Source of the DNA: Octopus vulgaris
Lineage: Eukaryota
Assembly: GCA_951406725.2 (NCBI GenBank)
Contig: OX597826.1
Coordinates: forward strand, 35,402,001 to 35,466,000
Direction: 5' to 3'
DNA length: 64,000 nucleotides
Numbering within the stretch: position 1 is the first letter of the stretch; the number at the start of each line of letters is the position of its first letter. The position numbers and the translations under genes are program-made. The notes beneath the pieces are model-generated. The model made no database searches, was not told the origin of the DNA, and worked only from the letters and a program-made list of their open reading frames with translations. This document shows, one piece after another, positions 1 to 13,024 of the stretch.

Positions 1-18
1 ATTTTTATTATTTACTTA

Positions 19-410
19 TTTCAGTCTTTGGACTACAGCCAAGCTGGAGTACTACCTTGAAAGGTTTAGTTGAACAAATCGACATCAGTACTTAGATTTG
101 ATCCAGCGACTTATTTAATCGGTCACTTTTTATCGAACCGCTAAACGACAGGGTCGTTAACTAACCAACACTGGTTGCTAATCTGTGGTGGTGGTGGTGG
201 TGGTGGTGGTGGGTCAAACACCCACATACATATACATGGATATATACGACGTTATTCTCTCAGTTTCCGTCTATCGAATCCATTCACTCCAAAGGTTTGA
301 GTCGAAGCGGGACTATAGTGGGAGACATTTGCCCAAAGTGCCGCACAGTGGAACTCAACCAATGACCTCATAGTCTAGAAGTAAATTTCTTATCATAACG
401 CTACACCTGG
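19..410 (-). mobile_element. tRNA-derived SINE, family A (diverged copy)
   Basis: Reverse complement aligns by eye with the copy at 3353-3720 (tttcagtc...ctggag...aaatcgac...gaaccgctaa...cagtttccgtcta...gcccaaagtgccgcacagtggaactcaacc). Confidence 0.8.
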
Positions 411-956
411 GACTACGATTATTGGCACTTTCGCAATTCACCCAGAAGATACGATTGTGAAATTTCCAATTCGCTCCCACTCTTCCTCTCTCTCATCCCT
501 CGCCATTCTTTATCTCTCCTCGCTTAGTAGTTTTGTGTGTCAATATATATATATCCGTGCCTTTGTGTATATATGTTTGTGTCTAGTTTCACTGGTACAT
601 TAAGTATTCATTTGCATGAGGTTTTAAATAAATATTCAAGTTAAATCTTAGTAGAAATTATCTTATTTTATTCTCAAATTTTTATTCAAAAGCAGAATAT
701 CTGTCTTAGAATGCTGGACAGTTATTTGTTCTCAGACATTTCTCCAGAGAGGATTTCTTCTCTGAAACTCGAGATCTTTTTCAATGCACCTGTTATTAGA
801 CACTTTCTATACGCTCCTGTTATTTTCACTTGTTTAAGTTTTGTCTGAGGAAAAACTTTCCAAAACACAGAAACAGATGTTTAACTTTGATGTTCTGACA
901 CCATACAAGTTTCTTTCGGATCGCCTTTCACTACCATAGAAACACATGAGTACAAG

Positions 957-1063
<107 letters not shown>

Positions 1064-1189
1064 ACACACAGAAAATAATATAAACGTACATACATAAATA
1101 AATGCTAATATTTGTACTAATATACTAACAGAACCATACAATGATAACATTTTATAAATACATATAAGGATAGGCCCCGGAAAAGTGTT

Positions 1190-1335
1190 TGGTGAAGAGA
1201 TTAGCATTAAATACTAGTGATTAGGGGTTCAATACCACTGCATACCACCATGGGCAAGAGTCTTCTATTGTAGCCTCGATTTCACCAATACAGTATGAAA
1301 TCAGTTTGGTCGATGGAATATGTAGCCGGAAGTAT
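1190..1335 (+). mobile_element. Degenerate 5' part of SINE family A
   Basis: ggttcaataccactgcataccaccatgggcaagagtcttctattgtagcctcg matches the family A head (ggttcagtcccactgcgtagcaccttgggcaagtgtcttctactatagcctc). Confidence 0.6.
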
Positions 1336-1749
1336 AAGAGCATGTGTCACGTGAGTTCTGATATAAAGTTGGATGGCATAGAAGAATGTACAGGAACAAT
1401 ACACACGTCTGTATTTTGCTATTTGAAACTAACTTTAGCAGAAAAACACCCTGAATTTTGTCCATTGAGCATTGATTTCTTGAGTTAAGAAATTCTTGAT
1501 ATAAAAGAGATGTGAACACTGCACTGCATAAACCAGAATTAGCATTAGTGAGTATTTTTCATAAAAATGGCATAGCAATCTTTCATATAAATTATAACTT
1601 TTCATGTGAGGCCACGACACGCACAATTATACGACATGTACTTGCATATATGTATACACTCATAAATTCATTCACAAATACATAGCAACATGCATATATG
1701 TATATCTACATGTGTGTGTACATATATATATATTTGAAAAAGAAAAAGA

Positions 1750-2810
1750 ATGACTTCACTAGTAGTACCAATTAGTTTAATTTATTATTTTTTAATAATA
1801 TTAATTTTAGTTCATAGATCTAGTAAGTTCTTTGTTAACTTGGGTGTGAAGAATTTAAAAAAAAATTCAAGTTAACTTCTTTAGAGAACCATCTCAGATT
1901 TATTGTCAAAAATATCTGAGGATTTGGGGTTTTGTGATTCTCTGTATATGGGATTTAGGTATGTTTGGGTTGGGGTTGGAGTTTGTTAATCAGTGTGGGA
2001 GTGAAAGAAAGCTGATGAATGATGGCTGAAAGAAAGTAGTGCATGGTCAACACAAGATACTTGATTAGGGATGGAGTTGGGAGGTGGTGGGATGCTAAAG
2101 CATTATTTTTTGAAGCCATTTGAATAGTTAACATTTCGTCAGAAATCTAATGATCAGTTGTTTTTCTAAATTTTTCATTTCAGTCATTTTCTATGTTTTA
2201 GGTGTGCGCCTAGAGTAGCGATGTCAATATATATCTATATGGGTTTGTGTATATTGAGTAAGTTGGGTAGGGTGATATCTCGGTGTATTATTTATGATGC
2301 AGGACTTGATATATCAGTAACTTAGCTGTGGTATTGAAACAAACTTTAAATGATGTAGAAACGCTAGATATTTATCATTGGCATAACTATTGTATTGCTA
2401 CTGCCCAGAGGAACATATTTTTGTTGCTGTCGTGTTTATTAATATTTCAAAAAGTTGCCAATAGCCTCGTGTATATCGTTGTCCATTGTGCCTTTTTAAA
2501 ATACCGTAGCCTCTGTATCGTAAGTGGTAGTCATATTGATGTTTTAATTTTTTTTTCTTATTTTCATTGTTCCTCTATATTTAAGCAGCACTAAACACCT
2601 TTTTTAGTAAATCATGTATAATAGCAAAGTTCCTGAGTGTGTGATGAGGGGGTGGGGTACCACTCCGTACTATTTAACCATGGAAAAATTACATTTATAC
2701 ACTTCTTATTTTATTTATCTTTGATATTCTTTATATGCAAAGTGCTTCAAAGTACTTTGAAGTGGAATTGTACTCAAATGATTATAGCCAATATCATACT
2801 TAATCGTTAT
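1750..2810 (-). mobile_element. Possible highly degraded Penelope-like retroelement
   Basis: Only short minus-strand peptide patches (e.g. KLIGTTSE, IIHRDITLP) in an order compatible with RT then GIY-YIG; no clean motif. Confidence 0.25.
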
Positions 2811-2843
2811 TGCCATATATATATATGTGTGTGTGCTGTGTGT

Positions 2844-3201
2844 AAATAATCAGTATATGACTTAATTTATTAAACAAAGTTCAACAAATTCATTCATATT
2901 TATGTTATGAAAGAGATTGGATGTTAAAATGGACTATAGTTTTTTTGTTTTTTTTTCATAGTGCTATACAAGTGTTTCATACAAAATCATAAGAGTCATA
3001 CTTGTACTCCTGCAGGAGTGCAAGTATGACTATTACGATTTTATAATTATGAATATCTGAGTCCATTTGTACGAAACAATTGTATAGCAATATGAGAATT
3101 GAAAGCTATAATTTATTTTAACATCCGATCTTCTTCATTTCATAAATATAAATGAATTTGTTGAACTTTGTTTAATAAGTTATGTCATATACTGATTATT
3201 T
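2844..3201. repeat. Spacerless ~360-bp palindrome (foldback/MITE-like)
   Basis: Ends aaataatcagtatatgac / gtcatatactgattattt. The arms pair along their length to the centre agtcatacttgtactcc-tgca-ggagtgcaagtatgact (tgca at 3011-3014). Confidence 0.9.
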
Positions 3202-3352
3202 CAATACAAGCTTTCATACCTGTACGAATTTTATATAAAAGATTCGAAAGCAAAGTACGAAGAAAAGACATTAGGAACCTTAGGAAAGAATTCCAATTAA
3301 AGGATGAACAGACATTCATCCGATAAAATATATATAATATAAATATATATAT

Positions 3353-3720
3353 GCGCAGGAGTGGCTGTGTGGTAGTAGCTTGCTTACCAACCACATGGTT
3401 CTGGGTTCAGTCCCACTGTGCGGCACCAGGAGCAAGTGTCTTCTACTATAGCTTCAGGCCAACCAAAGCTTTGTGAATGGATGTGGTAGAAGGTAACTGA
3501 AAGAAGCCCGTTGTTTATATGCACATGTATATATGTATGTGTGTGTGTATGTTTGTGTGTCTGTGTTTGTCGCTTGACAACTGATGCTGGTGTGTTTACC
3601 TCCCTGTAACTTAGCGGTTCGGCAAAATAGACCGATGGTATAAGTACTAGGCTTACAAAGAATAAGTCCTTGGGTTGATTTGCTCGACTAAAGGTGGTGC
3701 TCCAGCATGGCCACAGTCAA
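3353..3720 (+). mobile_element. tRNA-derived SINE, family A (near full length)
   Basis: Pol III A-box-like tggctgtgtgg, B-box-like ggttcagtccc, internal (TG)n tract; at least 8 related copies in the window. Confidence 0.9.
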
Positions 3721-4847
3721 GTCTGTCTGTTACCATCTCAGTGCCTAAACTAGCAAACCAGTATTCATGAAACTTTGCATACATGTTATACAGACATCCA
3801 GTTCAATAATAGATTAGTTGGATTTCAATAAACAACGAGAATGTGCGCCCCACCCCAGGGGAGTTGGGAGAATTATATGATAAAATGAGAAGGTTGTAAA
3901 AAGTATGAGGGAAAGGTAGTAGCTAAGAGAGGTGACTTATATCAGGCAGGAAAAGTCATGGCAATGGGATGATAATGTAATACAGCTATCATATATATGT
4001 GACGCTGCATACATACTTTCGTAAATACTTGGGTACACACATACACACACAGACAAGTGGGTGTGAGGAATACGTAGCTTCAAGAAGTGAGGGAGTAGGT
4101 GGATTTTCTGCTGTCTTTCACAAAGAAACACAAACAGATACACACACATACATACATACATGCATACATATATACATACGTGCATACATACATGTCTACC
4201 ATACACCATTTTAAATTCGTGATTACCTGTGTGTACGTTTGTAAATGTGTGCGTGGGTGTGTGTCAGTGTGTATGTGAGTGTGTGTATTTGTCAGGTCTT
4301 ATAACTGTCTGTTTCTTTATATTTGTCAGGTCTTTCCTGTTGCTGTCTCATATTGTAAGATTTTTAAATTACGTCAACATTTTCAAATTTGGTATATTGA
4401 AATAATTTTCCACATTAAATCCAATTTTGTTATCTATTTGTTCCAGAAAAAGTGCAGAAAAATGTTACTGAGGTTTCAAGTTTAATCAATTTTACCTAAT
4501 CAGAAAACAGAATTTGGAAGCTGGCATTTTCTGCATGATTGCGGCATGATAGCTGTCTATCACGAAATGAAAACAAAACCATTATGTTGATGTATTTTTA
4601 TTAAATAAACAAAATCAAGGCATTACGACGACCAAAGTTGTAAGAACTTTTGAAGTTTTAATGAATAAAGTCATGTGAAAAGGTTGAACAGTCATGTAAA
4701 TAATTTAAAAGAGAAAAAAACCGTAACGAAGTTTTTGGCGAAAATTTTCACAAATCTATCCTGATCAAGAAGCCTCCCTGTCGGGGAAGGCATGCTCTGA
4801 CATGGAATAAATAAAAATTCATACATGACATGACAGGCTATTCAGCT

Positions 4848-4848
4848 A

Positions 4849-4902
<54 letters not shown>

Positions 4903-4960
4903 GTGTGTGTGTAAATATATATATAAATACACGTGTGTGTGTAAATATATATATATATAT
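4848..4960. repeat. (TA)n tract with a duplicated acacgtgtgtgtgtaaatatatatat unit
   Basis: Read directly. Confidence 0.9.
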
Positions 4961-5130
4961 GCGTCTGTATTAGTATGTATATGTGCATGTATGTATATTT
5001 TTATAAATTGCCCAAACCATCTTGTCACTACAACCTAGCACACAGCTTGTCATTCAACAGAAGTCAGGTTACCCCAAAAAATTTTAACTTTAAATAGACT
5101 ATATAAACCCAAGATGAGATTTAACACATT

Positions 5131-5176
5131 ACAGTCCGATGAGGGGTTTGCTGGCCAAAACTTCGAAGTTACTGTT
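5131..5176 (+). ncRNA. Decayed minimal hammerhead ribozyme motif (Penelope pLTR-type)
   Basis: acagt-CCGATGA-ggggttt..aaaactt-CGAAG-tta-ctgt: stem I acag/ctgt and stem II are present, but both core boxes are mutated. Confidence 0.4.
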
Positions 5177-5289
5177 AATGTTTTTTTTTTTGATAAAGAC
5201 TAATAAACCTGTACTCTACCAAAACGTATTGAGTAATCGACCTATTCAATGTAAAATTGCTTTTATTATAAACATAACAAATACTATTA

Positions 5290-5420
5290 TCTCTCTCTTT
5301 CTCACTCTCTCTCTCTCTCTCTTATATATATATATATATACACACACACATATATATATATATATACATATATACATACATACATGCATGCATACATACA
5401 TACATACATACATACATACA

Positions 5421-5454
<34 letters not shown>

Positions 5455-5470
5455 CATACATACACACACA

Positions 5471-5540
<70 letters not shown>
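5290..5540. repeat. Compound (CT)n/(TA)n/(TACA)n microsatellite
   Basis: Read directly. Confidence 0.95.
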
Positions 5541-5546
<6 letters not shown>

Positions 5547-7145
5547 TGAAGTTGTGTGAATGTCTGTCTCCTACGATTTAGATTCCTAACTACTCCCACA
5601 TTTTGCGGTGCAGTTTAACCAGAACCGGGTATCTTATAGTCGTGATTCATATCGAGCCCTTCTGGGTATTAGCGCGCGTCTACAATGAGTCTACGATTTT
5701 AAAAATAAGTTACCATAATTTTTTTTTCCATTTTAAAGCATATTTTGGGGGGTTCTTCCAATTTTTTCGTGTGTCGATGGCGGCGGAGTTGGCGTCCATG
5801 CTCACACCTGCACCTGTGTTGCTTCTCCCCTTCTTCCCTCCCTCGTGAACCTGTGGAGAAGGGAGAGTAAGGAAATCGACGTCGTAAAGCGTTGTCAAGG
5901 AGACCAGCGTTCTTTTAGAACAACGACTTCATGGCTTGAAGACACCAAAACAGAAATGGCTAAGAAAGCCCGAAAGCAAATTCTATAAAATCGGGAAACA
6001 CGCCACACAGGGAAGGTTTCCCGTGCAAAGAATTTGCACAACCGAATGTTTTAGTTGTTGCACACCTTTTACTTAAAAAATATTATCCAAACACAAACTT
6101 TTGAAGGCAATATTGTATGGCGATGATACTTGTGAAATATGGTAATGGATTTAGTAGCCAGAGAGAGCAGAGGCATAGTATGGTGGTGGTGGAGGCGGTG
6201 GTAGTGGCAGCGGTAGTGGCGGTTGTGCTGGTAGTGGTGATGGTGGTCGTGGTCGTGGTGGTCGTCGTGTTTGTGGTGGTGATGATGGTGGTGGTGGTGA
6301 TGGTGGTGATGATGGTGGTGGTCGTGGTGGTCTTCGTGATGGTGGTGGTGATGGTCATGGGCGTAGTGGTGGTGGTGGTCATGGTGGTAGTGGTGATGGT
6401 GTTGGTCGAGGCGGTGGTGGTGGTGGTGGTGGTGGCTGAAGCTGTCGTCTGGGTTCTTCCAATTTTTTCGTGTGTCGGTGGCGGCGTTGGCGTTCATGCT
6501 CGCACCTGCACCTGTGTAGCCCCTCCCCTTCTTCCTTCCCTCGTGAAGCTGTGAGGAAGGCAGGGTAGGGAAATCAACGTCGTAAAGCTTTGTCAAGGAG
6601 ACCAGCGTTCTTTTAGAACAACGACTTCATGGCTTGAAGTCGCCATAACAGAAATCGCTAAAAAAGCTGAAACAGATCCACAAAAACGGCAATTACCGCC
6701 ACACTGGGCAGGTTTCCTGTGCAAACAATTTGCACAACCGAATGTTTTAGTTGTTGCACAAATCTTTATATATAAAAGTGAAGTTGTGTGTCTGTCTCCT
6801 ACGATTTAGATTCCTAACTACTCCCACATTTTGCGGTGCAGTTTAACCAAAACCGGGTATCTTATAGTCGTGATTCATATCGAGCCCTTCTGGGTATTAG
6901 CGCGCGTCTACGATGAGTCTACGATTTTTAAAAAATTTACCATCATTTTTTCCATTTTAATGCATTTTTTCGCTATTATATAAGGGAAGTAACTCTCTAA
7001 AAATGTCTACGATGAGTCAACGATTTTTAAAAAAATTACCATAATTTTTTATTCCATTTTTAATGCATTTTTTGATATAACTCTCTAAAATGCTTATATA
7101 GTTATTTCCCTTACAAACCCGAGCAACGCCGGGCGATACTGCTAG
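5535..7145 (+). mobile_element. Composite non-autonomous Helitron (two 5' modules, duplicated internal module, one 3' hairpin-CTAG end)
   Basis: 5' module tatataaaagtgaagttgtgtg at ~5537 and again at 6763 (a|TCtttatatataaaagtg). 3' hairpin cccgagcaacgccggg at 7118-7133, then CTAG 7142-7145 followed by T. (TA)n on both outer flanks. Confidence 0.85.
6180..6435. repeat. Degenerate (GGT)n trinucleotide tract inside the Helitron
   Basis: Source of the poly-Val/His/Thr ORFs. Confidence 0.9.
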
Positions 7146-7328
7146 TATATATATATATAGTTGTTTTTAACATTTATTTAAAGAAGTGTTCTTATGTTCA
7201 ACAATAAGATGAGGATTTAAAAAACAACACAAGATTTATCATCTCGTAGTATTTCTCTGCAGAAACACCCGGATAGGATATTCATGTCCTTTTTTCTTTT
7301 TCTATGATTCTTCTTTTCTCGCCATTAG

Positions 7329-7451
7329 ATTCTATGTACTTTTGTTTATGCTGCAAATCGCAACGAAACAGCAGAATACGCCTTTCCATTATATGACCAC
7401 AAGAAGGAGCAGATCGATAAGCAAAGAAGAAAGCCATTACATTTAAAACGA
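7329..7451 (+). CDS. Candidate coding exon (unverified)
   Basis: Long polypyrimidine tract plus ag; 123-nt open phase-0 frame ILCTFVYAANRNETAEYAFPLYDHKKEQIDKQRRKPLHLKR; weak donor gtattt. No recognised homology. Confidence 0.2.
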
Positions 7452-7739
7452 GTATTTGACTATTCAATGGTTTTATTGTAATGGTGTCGGTACTGATGTT
7501 GATGTTGGTTTTAAATTACTGCGGGTGTATATTCTCATATGCTACAGGGGATCGGTTTCATTATTACTTTGACATCTTCTTCACACCTACGTGTATATTT
7601 TAATTGCATATAGCCGGAAACATTCCTCATAGCAACCGTTTTTCTATTTAACATTCAAATACACCATAAATAAGTAAATATCCGCACTTAACAACCTAAC
7701 ACATAGACAAGTATCTGCATACCTACATACATTCTTACA

Positions 7740-7775
7740 AACATACATATTACACATATACATATATATATACAT

Positions 7776-7810
<35 letters not shown>

Positions 7811-7812
7811 CG

Positions 7813-7870
<58 letters not shown>

Positions 7871-8215
7871 TATATATATATATATACACATACATATGTG
7901 TATACATAAATATATAGAAACGTATGTATATATATATGCTCAAATTTACATATAAATATACACATACATATCATTTGATTAAGTTATGTATATACACTCA
8001 GATATACATATATATTCATGCATGTATATGTGTGTATGTATATGTGATTATCTACATTCATATGTACTTGTATACGTATATAATTATTTATCTACCAATC
8101 TATCAAATATATATATACACACACACACAAACACACATGTATGTTTATGTGTGCTTGTACGTGCACATGTATACAGATACACACATACCTACACGTACAT
8201 ATACATGTACATTTT
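7740..8215. repeat. TA/CA-rich compound microsatellite
   Basis: Read directly. Confidence 0.9.
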
Positions 8216-9096
8216 TGTGGGCGGTGGGAGCGTGTGTAATGCTTGTCTAGATGTAAACAGATACATTAATCTGAAGATATACGTATGTATGTATTACATT
8301 CCTCTTTGTAATTATGACACAGCGCTGCGTTAATGTTAATAACTTAATACGTAAGCTATTGACAGTTTGAATAATAACAATCGCTCTTATTTATAGACAT
8401 ATCTGCCACATTTACTGAGGGCGACTGTTGCCAAATCTAACACCCCATCGCCATCTCTCTCATTATGCCATCATTAATACAACAACTGCGGCCACTACCA
8501 GACCATCACAAGTAATACGACCACCGGCACCTCGTATTACAGCCAAAATAGACACTTCTAAGCTCACCTACCCTTCCACCACAAAAATCTCCTTTATTAT
8601 TGCTAGCACCACCAGACCGTCAAAAGCACTTTAGGCACTTCCCACTCCATTATTGCAGTTTCTGTTTCAATCATCATCACCTTTATCATAACAATTACTA
8701 ATATTTTGCCCTGTATAGCCACCGATGCCATCGCCACCTACGCCATCGCCAGTGTAACAAACACCAATCTACTGGTCGTCCCACCGTCACCTTTAAATGC
8801 TCCATCATTTATGCATTATGAACCTCATCACAAACTCAGCACATATATCAACCCTATTAATTCCAGCATCACAATCATCTTAGCCAACCCAGCCAACCAA
8901 ATAGACAGATAAGCAGCAGGCATTTGTAGGTATAAAATAATAACAAAAACAAATCTTTTGATCTGTCAAGACCGGTGGAGTGTGGATACAGTCAGCTGCG
9001 ATATCGTTTCTATACTTCATCATGTGTTGAGCTAACGATTTGACAGAGCCTCTAAAATGTCGAGTTCAGTAAGTATCTAGTGACGAAGTTCCAAAC

Positions 9097-9267
9097 CGCA
9101 GTTCTCAGAACCTCATGCGTCCTTCATGCATCCTTCCGGCGGCCCTCGATGGTCTTCTTTCTATGAATATACATTTTTTCTTTAATTTACTAACATTTTA
9201 CTTTCTCTGATGCAATTTCCTAAAACAAATCCAGATTTGCAGACATTTAAAAGTTGAGAAGCACTGA
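9097..9267. mobile_element. Possible hAT/Charlie-type MITE
   Basis: Right end ttgagaagcactg followed by atctag; left end ccgcagttctca is a degenerate inverted match. TSD not conserved. Confidence 0.35.
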
Positions 9268-9825
9268 TCTAGTGTGTTCGCTCCAGCGCTCAGCGTTCAA
9301 ATCTCACTGAGATCAACATTAATTTTAAATTCTTTGGGCGGGAAGGGGGGGGGGGCAATTAATAGAGTACAAATTCGGTTCAGAGATGAGCTTTCTCTTT
9401 CACATGGCTTCGTCTATTCTTATTTTGGAGGTTCAGAAGGGTTAAGACGCTCAGCTCAATCTACAATGGCACACCTACGACCCAATCAACAGTTAATGAC
9501 CGACCAATCATACTAGTCTCACTTTGGTTGACAACAATTTTCATGAAAATTTACGTCACTTATCCAATTTTAGTATCTACTGCCACAACAAGAAACACGT
9601 ATCGTGGTGTCTCCAAATCCTGAAAATAGCAGCGAAATATTCCTCCAACCACATTTCACATTGTGAAATGCAAAGGGCACAAATATTTTAGTTTTAAAGT
9701 TACTTTTCGGGGGTAAAGAAAGAGGGAAAGGAATTAAGTGAAACGTCTCTGGGTGTTGTTGTTACAGTCTTAGTCAAAACATTGATAACTAATATGATTC
9801 TATATTTTTGAGATGAGGAATTATG

Positions 9826-10205
9826 AACATTCTTTACAATGGATGGATAGATGTCCTCACATTGTTTGTTCTTATCACAACATTTTAGTTGATGTATTCT
9901 CCAGCCTTCATCAGGTGTTCTGGTGGAATTTCTGGTGAAATTTCAAACCCAGCCCTTTATTTGACTAATGAGATATAACTCCTGGATTCTAAGTTCAAAC
10001 CCAGGGAAGGACTTTAAAAATAATATCAACAGAAAAATTACACCAGTAACATACCTTAGGAATGAGAACAGTGTACCCCATTAGTCAAATAAAAGGCTGG
10101 TTTCGAAATTCCATCAGAACACCTGATGAAGGCTGGAGAGTACATCAGCTGAAACTTGGTAACAACAAACAAGGTGGGGACACCTATCCATATATTATAA
10201 ATGTT
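9826..10205. mobile_element. Inverted pair of Penelope pLTR-like repeats, each carrying a hammerhead motif
   Basis: Arms ~9826-9970 and 10080-10205 are reverse complements. Right arm reads acac-CTGATGA-a-ggctg-gagagtacat-cagct-GAAAC-tt; left arm has the mirror with GAAAC changed to AAAAT. Confidence 0.75.
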
Positions 10206-11849
10206 TTGTAAAATATTCTGTTTCAAGGTTTAGTTTACAAAATTTGATCAAATAAATGGTGAACATTAGTTTAAAACTATCACATGTTAGACAACCTTCT
10301 GTAGACACTCCCACATCCCATACACACACACACATCCATATACGCATGCATATATACTTAGCAAGGCAGGCATATAGACAGATATGTAAATAGATAAATT
10401 GTTAACTAGATAGATATATTTCATGAAATCTCATTTAGAACCATCTTTCCGTGAAAAGTACATTTATAAATACGTATGCCATCATTCACCGCAGATACAC
10501 ATTTGTGTGGTGTCCATATTCATATTTGAGAGACAGAGAGAAAAGAGAGAGAGATTGAGAGATAGAGACACAGGAAGAAGGATTTATTTGCGTTATATAG
10601 TTGTTAGCAAACTTTGTGAGTTTACTGGAAGACAAGTAACAGCCAGGGATATACTAGTAGTACAATAACGAAAGAGTATATTTATAATGGATCTGTGTCT
10701 TTGCATGCCTCTGTAAGTATGTGTCTATGTTATGTAGCAATACATACACTCACATATATAGTTACATTGTGTCTGTCCAATTACCTGTTTGTCCGACTGG
10801 GATACATAAGCTATTGTACATTTCTGGTTGCATAGAGCACTTCTCACGATCAATACTGACATTTACATGAGTGTGTATGTGTGTATTTGCGCATTTGTGT
10901 ATATATTTATCTCCGTTTCTTAGCCTTTTCACATTTTCTGTCCTTTTACTTCTCCCTTCTTGCAACTGTCATTTCAATTCCATTTCAAAATTAAAGACAG
11001 ATGATATTATTTATTTTATTTATATTTTGCAAATATTTCTAACAGTTCTCAGTTTTCTTTACAATTTATTCATGTAGTCTTACAGTGGGCATTTCATAAT
11101 AGTTATCTAGTTACATAAAACCTGTATGATACTGTACTTCCCGTAAATATATTTCTACCTAATGATTTTGGGTGGTGTGTTGCGATACTGTTGTAAATTT
11201 TCAAATTTTTTCTTTGATAAGCTCCACTTATTCATTTTCAACATGAATGAGAATATTATCCCAATAACTAGCAATAGCCCAGTGACCCCGTTATTGCAAA
11301 GGAGATTACTATTTCTAGATATTCCGTGACCAGATGAAAAGTCTGAATTTTATTTCGAACACCAAAGAAAATATCCATAGAATATACATATTTATCATTA
11401 TATTTTTTATTTTTTATTCATTAACAAAGATGTTCTTTCTAGTCACATGTCTAGAGCCATTTCATTCTTATTCAAAATCATCAGCATGACATAAGCCGAG
11501 ATAACTTGGCTCAGTAGTTAGCATGTCAGCAAAATTTGCAGGAGGCCTTGTTTTTGATCCCAATACGCGATGAAAAGCTTTATTCATACAATTAAAAAGC
11601 TAATGTCTATTATCATCTGTTTGAAACATTTAGTTCTCTTTTCAAATATACTTCTAGAGCGTCTGTTAATATTCCTTTCTGATGTCCTCAGCTATGTGTG
11701 TGTGTGATATCCTGTTTTGTGTCTCAGTTCCTAAGCATTTAAAAATAAGTTTAGTTCCAATATCTGTGATTCTTTAGGTAGCACGAAATTAGTGATTTTA
11801 TTTCCTGTTTCTCTTTCCCAGGTTGGCTTGGCGCAATTTTTTCTAATTT

Positions 11850-11957
11850 ATTATCATCAACCTCATCCTCCTCATCATCATTGTCATCATTGTTGTCATT
11901 GTCGTTGTCGTCATCGTGTTTCGTCGCTGTCCTCGTCTTCGTTACTACTACTACTAT

Positions 11958-12005
<48 letters not shown>

Positions 12006-12135
12006 CACTACTACTTTTTATAGTGGTCTTCACCGGGGTCGTCTTCATCATAGTGACAGTAGTTGCAGCAGCAATACCAGTAGTAGTCGTGGTGGTGGTG
12101 GTGGTGATGGGTGTTGTTGTTATATTTGTTGTTGT
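11850..12135. repeat. Compound trinucleotide region (CAT/GTC/CTA/GGT/GTT)
   Basis: Read directly. Confidence 0.9.
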
Positions 12136-12400
12136 TTCCGCTGTGAATATCTTAGCTGAAACTGTAAAAGACAGCAAGAGTTGGCTGTAAAAGTTTTAAT
12201 TGCTGCCGCAGACCATTTAATGTCCTTAATTAGTTTCCTTACACATTTCGACAAATTTAAAGCTCAGGACGAGAGGAAAATAAAACTAAAATACAGAAAC
12301 AAAAAAAATATGATACGAGTAAAAAACAAATAAAATTAACGAAGACAACACAAGTGTATTAGTGTAAATAGCTTGACAATATCTTCGAGAAAATAAAAGA

Positions 12401-12403
12401 ATG

Positions 12404-12454
<51 letters not shown>

Positions 12455-12472
12455 GTAATAGTAATAATAGTA

Positions 12473-12557
<85 letters not shown>

Positions 12558-12991
12558 TAAGAAGAAGGAGAGGAATAACAACAACAACGATGACAATAAC
12601 AACAGAAACAGTAATAGGAGGAGAACCAGGCGGAGCAGAAGGAAGAGGAGGAAATGGGTGGAGGAGGAGAAGGGAGGGGAGAAGGAAGAGGACTTGGTGG
12701 AAAAGGGGAGGCAGGAAAGGAGGGAGCAGAGAAGAAGAGGTGGAAAAGAGGAAGTGGAGAAGTGGAGGCAGAGAAGAGGAAGCGGAGAAGGGGAAGGGGA
12801 AGAGGGGAAGTGGTGGAAGAGAAAGAAGAAGAAAAAAGAAGTGGAAGCAGAGGGAGGGAAGGAAAAACCTGAGAAGGCGGAAGGGAGGAGGCAAAGAAAA
12901 AGAAGGAAGAGGAGGGGAATAAGAAAAAGAAAGCTAGCATGGCTGCAACAACTCCAAACAACAACATCATCAGCGAATGACACCGAACAGT

Positions 12992-13023
<32 letters not shown>

Positions 13024-13024
13024 C
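12401..13024. repeat. (AAT)n array, polypurine GA-rich tract and (CAA)n
   Basis: Explains the cluster of long low-complexity ORFs at 12286-13078. Confidence 0.95.

Noticed and set aside
6069-6596. 175-aa poly-His ORF (apparent metal-binding protein)
   Set aside because: It is the translation of a (GGT)n/(CAC)n tract inside a Helitron, open in several frames on both strands.
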